Translations under genes and position numbers: made by a program
In this document: positions 9,325 to 19,291 of the stretch, one piece after another
Position numbering within the stretch: the stretch's first letter is position 1
Layout: the number at the start of each line of letters is the position of its first letter
Notes under the pieces: model-generated
What the model was told of the DNA's origin: nothing
What the model saw: only the letters and a program-made list of their open reading frames with translations
Database searches by the model: none
DNA from: Tepidiformaceae bacterium
Lineage (GTDB): Bacteria; Chloroflexota; Dehalococcoidia; Tepidiformales; Tepidiformaceae
Direction: 5' to 3'
NCBI GenBank assembly: GCA_051003295.1
Contig: JBPCLM010000135.1
Coordinates: 1,053-65,052, forward strand
Length of the DNA: 64,000 bases

Positions 9325-9879
9325 TTGGAGACGCTCTACTGGCTCGTGATCGATGTAGCGGGGTCACTGGCGTTGCTCGGCTGCGGAGTGCTGGGGGTGT
9401 GGACCTGGCGGCGGGCAGGGGCGCGCTTCGATGGCTCGCTCTACTGGGTGCTGGCCGGCGCCGGGCTCATCTACCTGGCCGTCGATGAGCGGCTGAGCCT
9501 GCACGAACGGCTGGGCAGGCGCCTCGATCGCGCCGGCTTCGATGCGCCGGGGACCAACCACGCCGACGACGCCGTCCTGCTGGCGTTCGCGCTCGCGGGG
9601 CTGTGCGTTTCGCTGGCGTTCGTGCGCGAACTGATGCGGCACCGCGCTGTGCTCGCGCCGCTGCTGGTGGGCGGCATGGTGACGGCCCTGGCACTTGCCA
9701 TAGACGCGCTCGCGCCGGTCGAAGGGTGGGCGCCCGTCATCGAAGAGCACCTGGAACTGGCGGGCTGCGCGCTCTTCCTGCTGGCGTTCGTGCGCCGCTA
9801 CCGCGTGGCTGCGCGGACCGCGGGGCAGGGCTCGGGACGCGCCGTCGCAGCCGCCCCGGCGCCGATTAGCACTCTGTGA
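9325..9879 (+). CDS. hypothetical membrane protein
   Basis: TTG start after AAAAGGA. 4-5 TM helices and high GC3. The stop codon lies inside the left arm/spacer of the groEL CIRCE. Confidence 0.65.
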   Translation: METLYWLVIDVAGSLALLGCGVLGVWTWRRAGARFDGSLYWVLAGAGLIYLAVDERLSLHERLGRRLDRAGFDAPGTNHADDAVLLAFALAGLCVSLAFVRELMRHRAVLAPLLVGGMVTALALAIDALAPVEGWAPVIEEHLELAGCALFLLAFVRRYRVAARTAGQGSGRAVAAAPAPISTL

Positions 9880-9892
9880 CCGGGAGTGCTAA
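9866..9892. promoter_or_regulatory. CIRCE operator (HrcA binding site), perfect consensus
   Basis: TTAGCACTC-tgtgaccgg-GAGTGCTAA matches TTAGCACTC-N9-GAGTGCTAA exactly, 46 nt upstream of groEL. Confidence 0.92.
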
Positions 9893-9895
9893 GAT
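9866..9895 (+). promoter_or_regulatory. candidate groEL promoter embedded in CIRCE (-35 TTAGCA, 18-nt spacer, -10 TAAGAT)
   Basis: The first 6 nt of the left arm resemble a -35. The -10 (TAAGAT) begins with the last 3 nt of the right arm. Confidence 0.45.
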
Positions 9896-9928
9896 CGCCG
9901 GTGCACATCCTATAAAACCCCGAGGTAA

Positions 9929-11551
<1,623 letters not shown>

Positions 11552-11589
11552 GCCAACGCCCACGGGCGCAATCTGCCGCGAAAGCGGCA

Positions 11590-11630
11590 CACAAGAGGGC
11601 GTATCACCGATGCGCCCTCTTGTGATCTTC
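11590..11630 (+). terminator. intrinsic terminator-like hairpin after groEL
   Basis: Perfect 12-bp stem CACAAGAGGGCG / CGCCCTCTTGTG with an 11-nt loop, followed by atcttc. Confidence 0.6.
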
Positions 11631-11690
11631 GCCGAAAGTGAAACCATGGAATGGCACGGCGGGACACGGCAACCGAGAGAGGCATGACCG

Positions 11691-12137
11691 ATGCGCAGTG
11701 AGAATGGACTGGAAGTAGACTTGGCGGCACTCGATGAGGTGCTCGCCCGCGCCGATGTGCTCACCGTCGGCTTTACGCTCTTTCCCGAACGCCTCCTCAT
11801 CGATGTGCGCACAAAAGGCGAGGAAGGGCCGCTGGTGGCCATCGTCGGGCCCGTGCAGACCGTGCAGGAGCGCTACCTGTGGCTCGGCCAGCACCGCGGC
11901 AACTTCGGGGCGCCGGAAGCGTTTTCGTTCTTCGTCTGGCCCAAGATGGTGCGCACGCTCGTGGAGGAAGGACGCCTCGGGCGCATGAGCGAACGGCTGG
12001 GGGAGGTCTCCCCGCGCGGCCCCCAGGTCCTCGACCGCGTGCTACAGAAGCTCGTCGTGCGCGAATCCGAGGCCATGGCCTCAGCTGTGCGCGGTGACGA
12101 GCCGTGGCGCTCCGTCTGGCACGCCGCGGTCACCTGA
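11691..12137 (+). CDS. hypothetical protein
   Basis: ATG at 11691 after GAGAGAGG. High GC3. No recognisable family. Confidence 0.55.
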   Translation: MRSENGLEVDLAALDEVLARADVLTVGFTLFPERLLIDVRTKGEEGPLVAIVGPVQTVQERYLWLGQHRGNFGAPEAFSFFVWPKMVRTLVEEGRLGRMSERLGEVSPRGPQVLDRVLQKLVVRESEAMASAVRGDEPWRSVWHAAVT

Positions 12138-12243
12138 CAGCTATTCGCCGCGCCCATTGGCCGCTCCGCGCAGGACCGCGCGCGTGCCGTCCGGCGCCGG
12201 TTCCCTCGCTGTTTGCCGCCCAATAGCCCCCGACAGAAGGCTT

Positions 12244-12252
12244 TGGTAGACT
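12244..12252 (+). promoter_or_regulatory. candidate extended -10 (TGgTAGACT)
   Basis: TGGTAGACT, 22 nt upstream of the ATG at 12275. A GGGAGGG RBS lies between them. Confidence 0.4.
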
Positions 12253-12274
12253 CCGCGGCCTACGGGAGGGTGCC

Positions 12275-13324
12275 ATGGAAGAGCAGTTGCAGGCGTTCCT
12301 CAGCCGGCAGTGGCCTGATGCTGACGAGATTGCGGTAGAGGGCTTCGCCGTCATTGCGGGCGGATATTCGTGCGAGACGTACCGCTTCGACGCGCACGTC
12401 GAGCGCGCCGGAGCACGCACCACCTACCCGCTCATCCTGCGCAAGGACCCGCCCGCCGCCTCGGACATCCTCCCCACAAGCCGTGCGCGCGAGCACGACT
12501 TGCTCTGCCTCGTGCGCCGGCACACCTCTATCCCCGTTTCCGAAAGCTACTTCGTGGAGACTGACCGTGCCACCTTCGGTGAGGCCGCGATGATCGTGGA
12601 ACGCATGCGCGGCAGCGGCGAAGTTTCGGCCCTCTTCCACGGCGGCCGCAACGCCGGCCAGGCCGAAACCATCGCCACCCAACTGTGCGAACTGGTGGCG
12701 CAACTGCACCTGACCGACCCGAAGTTCCTCAACCCCGCGGGCGCGCTCGATGACCCCCGCGGCGAAGGCATCGATGCGTCCTCCTGGGACAGCTACATGG
12801 ACACGACCTTCGAGTACTACGTCAACGGCTACGCCCGCGGCGAATACGAACCCGTCCCCGCGCTGCTCGATGCCTACCTCACGCTGCGGCGCAAGCGCCC
12901 CGCGCCCTTGCGCCTTTCCGTGGTGCACGGCGACTTCAACCCCGCGAACTTCCTCTACGAAGACGGCCAGGTCACGGCGATCATCGACTGGGAGAACTGC
13001 CACATCGGCGACCCGCGCGAAGACCTCGGCTGGCTCAAACAGATGGACGAGCTGAGCAACACCGAGATCTTCGGGGCGGTGAAGACGGATGGCGGCTTCC
13101 TCGGCCACTACAACAGGCTCACCGGCTTCAACGTGACCCCCGAAGAGGTGGACTACTTCAAGCTGTTCGCGACGGCCAATATCGCCATCCCCGTGGCCGC
13201 GTCGCTGCGCCGCCGCGCCGATGGCGAGCACAGCGAACTGCTCCACGTCTACATCTTCCAGCCCTCCGTCGCGGCCTTCCTTGGCTTCGGGATGATGCTG
13301 GGCTACCCAATTGGAGGGGAGTGA
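12275..13324 (+). CDS. phosphotransferase (APH/choline-kinase-like) family protein
   Basis: HGDFNPANFL catalytic loop and the IIDWENCHIGDPREDL motif. Confidence 0.85.
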   Translation: MEEQLQAFLSRQWPDADEIAVEGFAVIAGGYSCETYRFDAHVERAGARTTYPLILRKDPPAASDILPTSRAREHDLLCLVRRHTSIPVSESYFVETDRATFGEAAMIVERMRGSGEVSALFHGGRNAGQAETIATQLCELVAQLHLTDPKFLNPAGALDDPRGEGIDASSWDSYMDTTFEYYVNGYARGEYEPVPALLDAYLTLRRKRPAPLRLSVVHGDFNPANFLYEDGQVTAIIDWENCHIGDPREDLGWLKQMDELSNTEIFGAVKTDGGFLGHYNRLTGFNVTPEEVDYFKLFATANIAIPVAASLRRRADGEHSELLHVYIFQPSVAAFLGFGMMLGYPIGGE

Positions 13325-13830
13325 TGTTCACGAAGATGAGCGCGGATTTCTTGCTCGAAGGCGTCATCATCTCGCTCACGAATGACATCATGCCCGAGCT
13401 GCAGTCGCAGCGCGCGCAGGTCGTCGTCGCCATGATGCAGGGCATCCTCCAGACCGTCCGCCAGCGTCTGCCCGTGGAGCAGCAGATCATGGCCGCCGAG
13501 CACAACGAAATGACGGCGATGTACCGCGAGGTCGCCGCTATCCTCGGCGATGCCACCGGGGGCGCAGCGGGACGCGTCCGTGAACGGGCGGCCGCGCTGG
13601 GCGCCCGCGACGACATGGCGCCCGTGCCCGCCTTCGAGGCCATCACCGGCCCCTACCACGAACTGAGCGAAGGCATCATCTCGTCCTTGTTCGATCTCGA
13701 CGAGCTGATCCGCGATGGGGACGAACGCGGGGAGAAGGCGCTGCTGCGTGTGCGCCGGTACCTCGGGCCGCGCTACACCCGCGACTACGGCACGATGGTG
13801 GCCGCCGCCGGCATGGTCGGCCGCGGCTGA
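13324..13830 (+). CDS. hypothetical helical protein, translationally coupled to the phosphotransferase
   Basis: GTGATG overlaps the upstream stop (GTG at 13321, ATG at 13324). High GC3. Confidence 0.6.
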   Translation: MFTKMSADFLLEGVIISLTNDIMPELQSQRAQVVVAMMQGILQTVRQRLPVEQQIMAAEHNEMTAMYREVAAILGDATGGAAGRVRERAAALGARDDMAPVPAFEAITGPYHELSEGIISSLFDLDELIRDGDERGEKALLRVRRYLGPRYTRDYGTMVAAAGMVGRG

Positions 13831-13846
13831 GCGGCCGTCCGCTACA

Positions 13847-13888
13847 CCCCTCTCCCGCCACGTCGGGAGAGGGGTGGGGGGTGAGGGC
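13847..13888. repeat. REP hairpin core (CCCCTCTCCC-N8-GGGAGAGGGG + TGGGGGGTGAGGGC)
   Basis: Same core as in the MITE-like copies at 3707 and 42207, and at 15769. Confidence 0.7.
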
Positions 13889-14022
13889 GCGACGCCGTAA
13901 AGCGCCGTTTCGTTTCCGCAACGGAACCCGGTGTTATCCTCGGTGTGCACTCACGAAGACCGGCATCCCTGCAGGCCCCGCCGCTTTTCCCACGAAAAAA
14001 CACACCAGGAAACACGCCGCCC

Positions 14023-14952
14023 ATGTCCAACCGCCAGGCCCGCCGCGAACAGTCGCGCCAATCCGGCAAGGGCCGCCCGCAGCGCCCGCCCGTGCGCCCT
14101 TCCCGCCCCGCTCCCGGCCGCGGTCCCTCCCGCCCGAGCGGCGGCCCCGACTTCCTTTCGCGGCCCTATCTGCTCGCGGTCGCCGGCGTCATCATCCTGC
14201 TCGGCGTGATCGCGGCCGTCGTGCTTACGCGCGGCGGTGGCGATGCTGACGCGGTCGAGAAGCTGGAATCGGCCCACAAGGCCTTCCCCGGCGAAATGGC
14301 CGACGGCCTCTCCGTGGGCAGCGATGATGCACCCATCAAGCTCACCGCATTCGAAGACTTCCAGTGCCCCTTCTGCCTGCGCTACACCGTCGAGGACGAA
14401 CCCACGCTCATCGCAGAGTACGTGAAGACCGGCAAGATGCAGATAACCTTCCAGCACCTGCCGCTGCTCGGCATCGAATCCGTCAAAGCCGCGCAGGCGG
14501 GCCAGTGCGCCGCCGACCAGAACAAGTTCTGGGACTACCAAAACAAGCTCTTCGCCGTGCAGGCGGCGGCCGGCCAGGGCAAGAACGAAGAGCTCAACGT
14601 TGGCCGCTTCAGCGATGCGAAGCTGAAGGAGTACGCCTCCGAATTCAACCTCGACCGGGCGAAGTTCGACCAGTGCTTCGATTCCAACCAGCACCTGGCC
14701 GCGGTCCAGGAACAGCAGCGCACCGCGCAGTCCTTCGGCATCCGCGGGACGCCCGGCTTTCTCATCAACGGCACGCCCATTGGCAGTGGCGCGCCCTCAA
14801 CCCTGGAACAATGGCGCCGCCTGCTCGATGACGTGTACCAGCGCCTCACTGCCTCGCCCACGGCGGCCCCTTCCGGCACGGGCACTCCGCAAGCCAGCGG
14901 CACCGCGCAACCCTCGGCCACCGCCCAGCCTTCAGCCACAGCCACGCCGTAG
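14023..14952 (+). CDS. DsbA-family thiol:disulfide oxidoreductase, membrane anchored
   Basis: ATG at 14023. One TM helix, CPFC active site, and a Thr/Ala/Pro/Ser/Gln-rich low-complexity tail. Confidence 0.85.
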   Translation: MSNRQARREQSRQSGKGRPQRPPVRPSRPAPGRGPSRPSGGPDFLSRPYLLAVAGVIILLGVIAAVVLTRGGGDADAVEKLESAHKAFPGEMADGLSVGSDDAPIKLTAFEDFQCPFCLRYTVEDEPTLIAEYVKTGKMQITFQHLPLLGIESVKAAQAGQCAADQNKFWDYQNKLFAVQAAAGQGKNEELNVGRFSDAKLKEYASEFNLDRAKFDQCFDSNQHLAAVQEQQRTAQSFGIRGTPGFLINGTPIGSGAPSTLEQWRRLLDDVYQRLTASPTAAPSGTGTPQASGTAQPSATAQPSATATP

Positions 14953-14953
14953 C

Positions 14954-15682
14954 ATGACCGCTGAACCCCCCGGTGACCGTGAACAATGGGACGGCTGGCT
15001 GGCCCCTCGCCAGTGGGGGCCGCTCGTCGCTCTCCTCCTGGCCGCTCTCGCCATCGCCGGGGTGCTGCTCGCCGTCCGCTGGGATTCCGGTGACGGCCAG
15101 GCATCGGCCTCCGATGCCTGCAGGGGTCGCGAGGGCCAGCCCGGCTGCGAGCTCCGCCAGCCGGTGCACTGGCATGCCGATTTCGCCCTTTTCGTCCGCG
15201 GCCAGCGCTTCGACTTTTCCGGCCCTCAGTTCGTATCAACCGAAGACCGCCACCTGAGCGAGAACGTGCACATCCACGAACCCCGCTACAGCGTCGTCCA
15301 CGTCCACACCGAGCAAACCACCTGGGATGAATTCCTGCGATCGCTCGGGTTCGAACTGACCGATCCCTCTTTCGCGGGCACCACGGCCGCCAGCACCTGC
15401 CTGCAGCTGCCATCGCGCGAACGGCTCTGCGGCGGCGGCCCGGAGACCTTCAAGTTCTACGCCAACGGCGTGCGCGTCGATGGCATCGCCAACGTGGATG
15501 TCTCCGACCTCGACCGCGTGCTCATCAGCTACGGCCCCGAAACCCCCGAGCAGGTGCTGCGCGACCAGTTGCCCCAGCTCTCCGACCAGGCCTGCATCCC
15601 CTCCGAACTGTGCCTCGACCGGCTGCCCCCCGGCGGTATCGAAAAGGAGCCCTGTTCCAAATCCGGCACCACCTGCAACTGA
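14954..15682 (+). CDS. membrane-anchored hypothetical protein with three HxH motifs and 8 Cys
   Basis: ATG 1 nt after the dsbA stop. One TM helix. Motifs HWH, HIH and HVH. Paired Cys in the C-terminal half. Confidence 0.7.
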   Translation: MTAEPPGDREQWDGWLAPRQWGPLVALLLAALAIAGVLLAVRWDSGDGQASASDACRGREGQPGCELRQPVHWHADFALFVRGQRFDFSGPQFVSTEDRHLSENVHIHEPRYSVVHVHTEQTTWDEFLRSLGFELTDPSFAGTTAASTCLQLPSRERLCGGGPETFKFYANGVRVDGIANVDVSDLDRVLISYGPETPEQVLRDQLPQLSDQACIPSELCLDRLPPGGIEKEPCSKSGTTCN

Positions 15683-15768
15683 CCCCCACTCCCGGGCCAC
15701 CGCTCTCTCCGGCGCGCCTCGAACCAGGTGTGAAGCCAGCGGTTGCCCTCGCGGCAGCGATTGGTGCT

Positions 15769-15813
15769 CCCCCTCTCCCGCGAAGTCGGGAGAGGGGGCC
15801 GGGGGGTGAGGGC
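15769..15813. repeat. REP hairpin core (CCCCCTCTCCC-N8-GGGAGAGGGGG + CCGGGGGGTGAGGGC)
   Basis: Lies between convergent genes ending at 15682 (+) and 15814 (-). Confidence 0.7.
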
Positions 15814-16086
15814 CTACCGCTGGTGCTTCGTCCCGCGCGCCAACCACCACCCCGCCGCCGCCAGTTGCCGCTCTGCGCGCAGCCCCTGCAGCTCCACCAG
15901 GAGGCGGTCGCGCTCCGCCCGCAAGTCGCCGATGTGGTCCCGCAGCGCGGCGACCAGCAGGTCCGTTTCCGTGACGCGGGCGCGCGCCTCTGCCCGCACG
16001 GCCGCCAGCTCTCCCCGCAGCCCCTCGCTCGCGACTGCCGGGAGCACGACGAGGCGGCGGGCGTCCTCCGCGTCTTCCGCTAGCAC
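15814..16086 (-). CDS. hypothetical coiled-coil protein
   Basis: GTG start overlapping the upstream stop (GTGCTAG). Heptad-like Leu/Arg/Glu pattern. High GC3. Confidence 0.45.
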   Translation of the reverse strand: MLAEDAEDARRLVVLPAVASEGLRGELAAVRAEARARVTETDLLVAALRDHIGDLRAERDRLLVELQGLRAERQLAAAGWWLARGTKHQR

Positions 16087-16760
16087 TCGTCCCCTTCGCT
16101 GCCGCTGGCCAGGGCGCGCCGCGCCGCCGGCGCACCGAGCCCCGGCGCCGCCTGGCGGCTGAAGCGCAAGTCTTCCAGGTTCGCGTGCAGCGCCGCCGCC
16201 ACCTGCGCGAACGTCTCCGTGCGCGCCCGCAGAGCCGCACGCTCTTCGCGTAATTCGTGTACTTGCGCTTCCCAGGCGTCGGCCGCCGCCTTCGCCCTGC
16301 CCAGCGCCGCCGCCATCTCGTCAAGCTCTTCGGCGGCCCGCACCAGCGTGCGCACAAGCAGCCACGGCGGGAGCGTTGCCGCCGTAGCCGGGTCGGCGAT
16401 GACCGCCTCCACATCCGCCGTGCTCATCTCGTGCTGTCCCGCCTGCAGTCCATCCAGGAGCGCGCGCAAGCGGTCCACGTCCGCGCGCACCTGCTGGATC
16501 AGCCGCTCCGCGCGCAAGTCGGCCTGCGTGGCCTGGGCCTTCATGGCAGCCTGGGGGATGGCTCCCGCGGGCGCGACGAGCGGGCCGGGAGAGCGCCCGT
16601 TGCCCCCGGGAGCAGCGCTGGCGCCGTTCGCGCCGGCGGCGTTTGCCCCCTCCGCGGGCCGCTCCGGCTCAATGATCGTGGCCACCACGGCCTCCCCCGC
16701 GCCAGAAGCGCTCTCGAGGTTGCTGGCTACGGGGGCGCGTCGGCGAAAACGCAAGCGCAC
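16080..16760 (-). CDS. hypothetical coiled-coil protein with low-complexity N-terminus
   Basis: High GC3 in this frame. The start is uncertain (an internal ATG MKAQATQ is also possible). Confidence 0.5.
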   Translation of the reverse strand: MRLRFRRRAPVASNLESASGAGEAVVATIIEPERPAEGANAAGANGASAAPGGNGRSPGPLVAPAGAIPQAAMKAQATQADLRAERLIQQVRADVDRLRALLDGLQAGQHEMSTADVEAVIADPATAATLPPWLLVRTLVRAAEELDEMAAALGRAKAAADAWEAQVHELREERAALRARTETFAQVAAALHANLEDLRFSRQAAPGLGAPAARRALASGSEGDEC

Positions 16761-16863
16761 GGAAATACCACCCTCCCGGCAAATTCCGGACGCCTCACTC
16801 TACGCTCCCGCTACCCTCGATGGGAACCGCACTACTCTCACTGTCGGCACCAGGCGCGCCACC

Positions 16864-16895
16864 AAAACAGAACCGCGCGCGTAAGCAAGCGGATT
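16864..16895. repeat. 30-nt dispersed repeat, direct copy A
   Basis: aaaacagaaccgcgcgcgtaagcaagcggatt. Confidence 0.75.
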
Positions 16896-16925
16896 GCCCC
16901 GCCACCAGCCTCGCCCGCCAGCGGC

Positions 16926-16957
16926 AAAACAGAACCGCGCGCGTAAGCAAGCGGATT
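16926..16957. repeat. 30-nt dispersed repeat, direct copy B
   Basis: Identical 32-mer, 62 bp after copy A. Confidence 0.75.
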
Positions 16958-16988
16958 CGCTCCCGACCACCTCCCCCTCGCGCGACTC

Positions 16989-16994
16989 TATACT
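16989..16994 (+). promoter_or_regulatory. candidate -10 (TATACT) for the Uma2 gene
   Basis: TATACT, 21 nt upstream of the ATG at 17016, with GGAG between them. Confidence 0.35.
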
Positions 16995-17015
16995 GGGGGC
17001 ACGGAGCATCCCGCC

Positions 17016-17570
17016 ATGTCTGTTAGCGAAGACACGTTCCAGCGCGTCGCCCTCGAGGATCTCGAAGGCCACTGGGAACTCACGCCCTGCGGCGACTTGC
17101 GGAGGAAGCCCGGCATGGTCATGGAGCACAACGACGCCGCCCGCCTCCTCGCTTTCCTCCTCCAGCAACAGCTGCCCATCGAGACTTTCACCGTGGCCTT
17201 CAACAGTGCGCGGCTGGCGCTGCCGGGCGGCGGCAGCTTCATCCCGGATGTCGTCGTCGTGCCCACGGCAGTCGTGGCATCGGCCCGCGGGCGCACCAGC
17301 GTCGAAAGCTACGACGAGCCGATGCCCCTGGTCGTAGAGGTCTGGTCCCCATCCACCGGAGAATACGATGTCACCGACAAGCTGGAGGGCTACCGCCAGC
17401 GCGGGGACAGCGAAATCTGGCTCCTCCACCCCGTCGAGCGGTCACTGACGGCGTGGACGCACGCCCCCGGGGGCAGCTACACAGAGGCTGGCCACACCAC
17501 CGGCGAAGTGCGCCCCACATCGCTTTTCCCCGTTGTCATCCGTCTCGCCTCGCTCTTCCGCTTTCCCTGA
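17016..17570 (+). CDS. Uma2 (DUF820) family putative endonuclease
   Basis: PDVVVV and PLVVEVWSPSTGEYDVTDKLEGYRQRGDSEIWLLHP, a PD-(D/E)xK-like core typical of Uma2. Confidence 0.85.
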   Translation: MSVSEDTFQRVALEDLEGHWELTPCGDLRRKPGMVMEHNDAARLLAFLLQQQLPIETFTVAFNSARLALPGGGSFIPDVVVVPTAVVASARGRTSVESYDEPMPLVVEVWSPSTGEYDVTDKLEGYRQRGDSEIWLLHPVERSLTAWTHAPGGSYTEAGHTTGEVRPTSLFPVVIRLASLFRFP

Positions 17571-17658
17571 TAGAGGCCGCGTCTTCGTACGTCATCGAGC
17601 GGCAGGGCCCGCCGCTGCAGCGTAGAGGTGGTCGCGGTGCGAGGCCCCATCCACCTCA

Positions 17659-17688
17659 AATCCGCTTGCTTACGCGCGCGGTTCCGTT
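17659..17688. repeat. 30-nt dispersed repeat, inverted copy C
   Basis: aatccgcttgcttacgcgcgcggttccgtt is the reverse complement of copies A/B with 1-2 mismatches. Confidence 0.7.
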
Positions 17689-17746
17689 GAAGGCGGCCAG
17701 CCGCAAGGTCCCGCGCCCCACTTTGCGCCTTTCGGCGCCCCGCCCC

Positions 17747-17931
17747 TACACTGGGTGCGACAGTCGAATAGCCGGAGACCGCAGGTCCCAGTGCGACACC
17801 CGCAAGGGTGGGGATAAGCCGCGAGGCGCCTGCCGAGGCAGAACGTGGACGCCCACCAGCGGCGCGTCCCTTACGTCCCTGCCCCGCATGGCAGGGATTT
17901 CTGCTTTTCCGGCCCACACGGAGGAAGCCTC
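17747..17931 (+). promoter_or_regulatory. rplJ promoter (-10 TACACT) plus structured L10 leader
   Basis: TTGCGC-N18-TACACT, then a ~170-nt GC-rich leader ending in an attenuator hairpin just before the GGAGGA RBS. Confidence 0.45.
17877..17908 (+). terminator. attenuator-like hairpin plus U-rich tract in the rplJ leader
   Basis: CCCTGCC-ccgcat-GGCAGGG followed by atttctgcttttcc. Confidence 0.45.
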
Positions 17932-18459
17932 ATGCCAACCCCGCGGAAGGTCGCGATGCTGGCCCAGATCAAGGACCGCATGCAGCGCGCCTCGATCGCC
18001 ATCAGCGCCGACTATCGTGGCCTCACCGTCGCCCAGCTCACCGACTTGCGCCGTGCCCTGCGCCCGGCCCAGGTCGAAGTGAACATCGTTAAGAACACGC
18101 TCGCCACGATGGCCGCTGAACAGGCCGGCCGCCCGGAGATGAGCCAGCTCCTCGACGGCCCCACCGCCCTCGCGATCGGCTTCGGCGACCCTATCGCCCC
18201 CGTCAAGGCGCTCACCGAACACCTGCGCGCCCGCCGCATGCAGCTGACCATCCACGGCGGCTGGCTCGAAGGCAAGCTGCTTTCCCGGGCCGAAGTCGAA
18301 AGCCTCGCCACGATGCCTTCGAAAGAACAGCTCATCGCCGATGTCGTCGGCAAGCTGCAGAGCCCGCTGTACAACTTCGCCGGCCTGTTGCAGGCCAGCA
18401 TCCGCAATTTCGCCGGCCTCATCGAATCCCGCGCGAACCAGCTCGAAGGGGCCGTCTAG
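17932..18459 (+). CDS. rplJ: 50S ribosomal protein L10
   Basis: ATG at 17932 after GGAGGA. Typical L10 sequence, followed by rplL. Confidence 0.95.
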   Translation: MPTPRKVAMLAQIKDRMQRASIAISADYRGLTVAQLTDLRRALRPAQVEVNIVKNTLATMAAEQAGRPEMSQLLDGPTALAIGFGDPIAPVKALTEHLRARRMQLTIHGGWLEGKLLSRAEVESLATMPSKEQLIADVVGKLQSPLYNFAGLLQASIRNFAGLIESRANQLEGAV

Positions 18460-18494
18460 CTCCGGCCCCACACCATCACCACAGGAGAACGTCC

Positions 18495-18890
<396 letters not shown>

Positions 18891-18914
18891 CACGCCCTCC
18901 CGCGGCCAGCAAAG

Positions 18915-18937
18915 AGGGCCGGCGAACCGTCGGCCCT
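18915..18937 (+). terminator. weak terminator-like hairpin after rplL
   Basis: AGGGCCG-N9-CGGCCCT. Only a poor T tract follows. Confidence 0.3.
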
Positions 18938-18968
18938 GTCCCTTGGTGTCTGCCTGTTTCTGAAGCAC

Positions 18969-19193
18969 CTACCCCGGCGCCGACCCGTCCGCCGCCTGGG
19001 TGATGCCCTTGGGCGGCTCGTCCTGGAGCACCGTGTCCGGGTCCACTTCCGGGTCCGCTTCTTGCGATGGGTCCTGCCGGTTGCGGTGGTGCGAATCGCG
19101 TTCGCGGCCAGCCTGCTGTTGCGTCCCCGGCCCGCTGGGGCGATGCGCTTCGTCGCTCTGCTGTCTTCCACTGTCGTGCTTGTCGCCGGGCAT
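18969..19193 (-). CDS. hypothetical small hydrophilic protein (74 aa)
   Basis: ATG at 19193 after GGAAGG. Charged, low-complexity sequence. Short, so uncertain. Confidence 0.4.
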   Translation of the reverse strand: MPGDKHDSGRQQSDEAHRPSGPGTQQQAGRERDSHHRNRQDPSQEADPEVDPDTVLQDEPPKGITQAADGSAPG

Positions 19194-19291
19194 GGTGCAT
19201 CCTTCCCGCCAACTGGAGCATAGCGACGGCCCCGCTACACCGGCGCCACGCCGCCGCGTCCCGCCCTTGCAGCCCTGTTGCGGCGCGCCCT

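Noticed and set aside
13715-14249. ORFs encoding ...SRHVGRGVGGEG... and neighbours (13715..13900, 13842..14069, 13881..14249). Likewise 3679..3900 and 16820..17026.
   Set aside because: They are translations of REP/MITE or 30-nt repeat sequence, not genes.
15236-16414. 392-aa minus-strand ORF, extremely Arg-rich.
   Set aside because: The composition is junk-like (runs of RRR/GRA). It overlaps the better-supported 14954..15682 gene and the coiled-coil ORFs in other frames.
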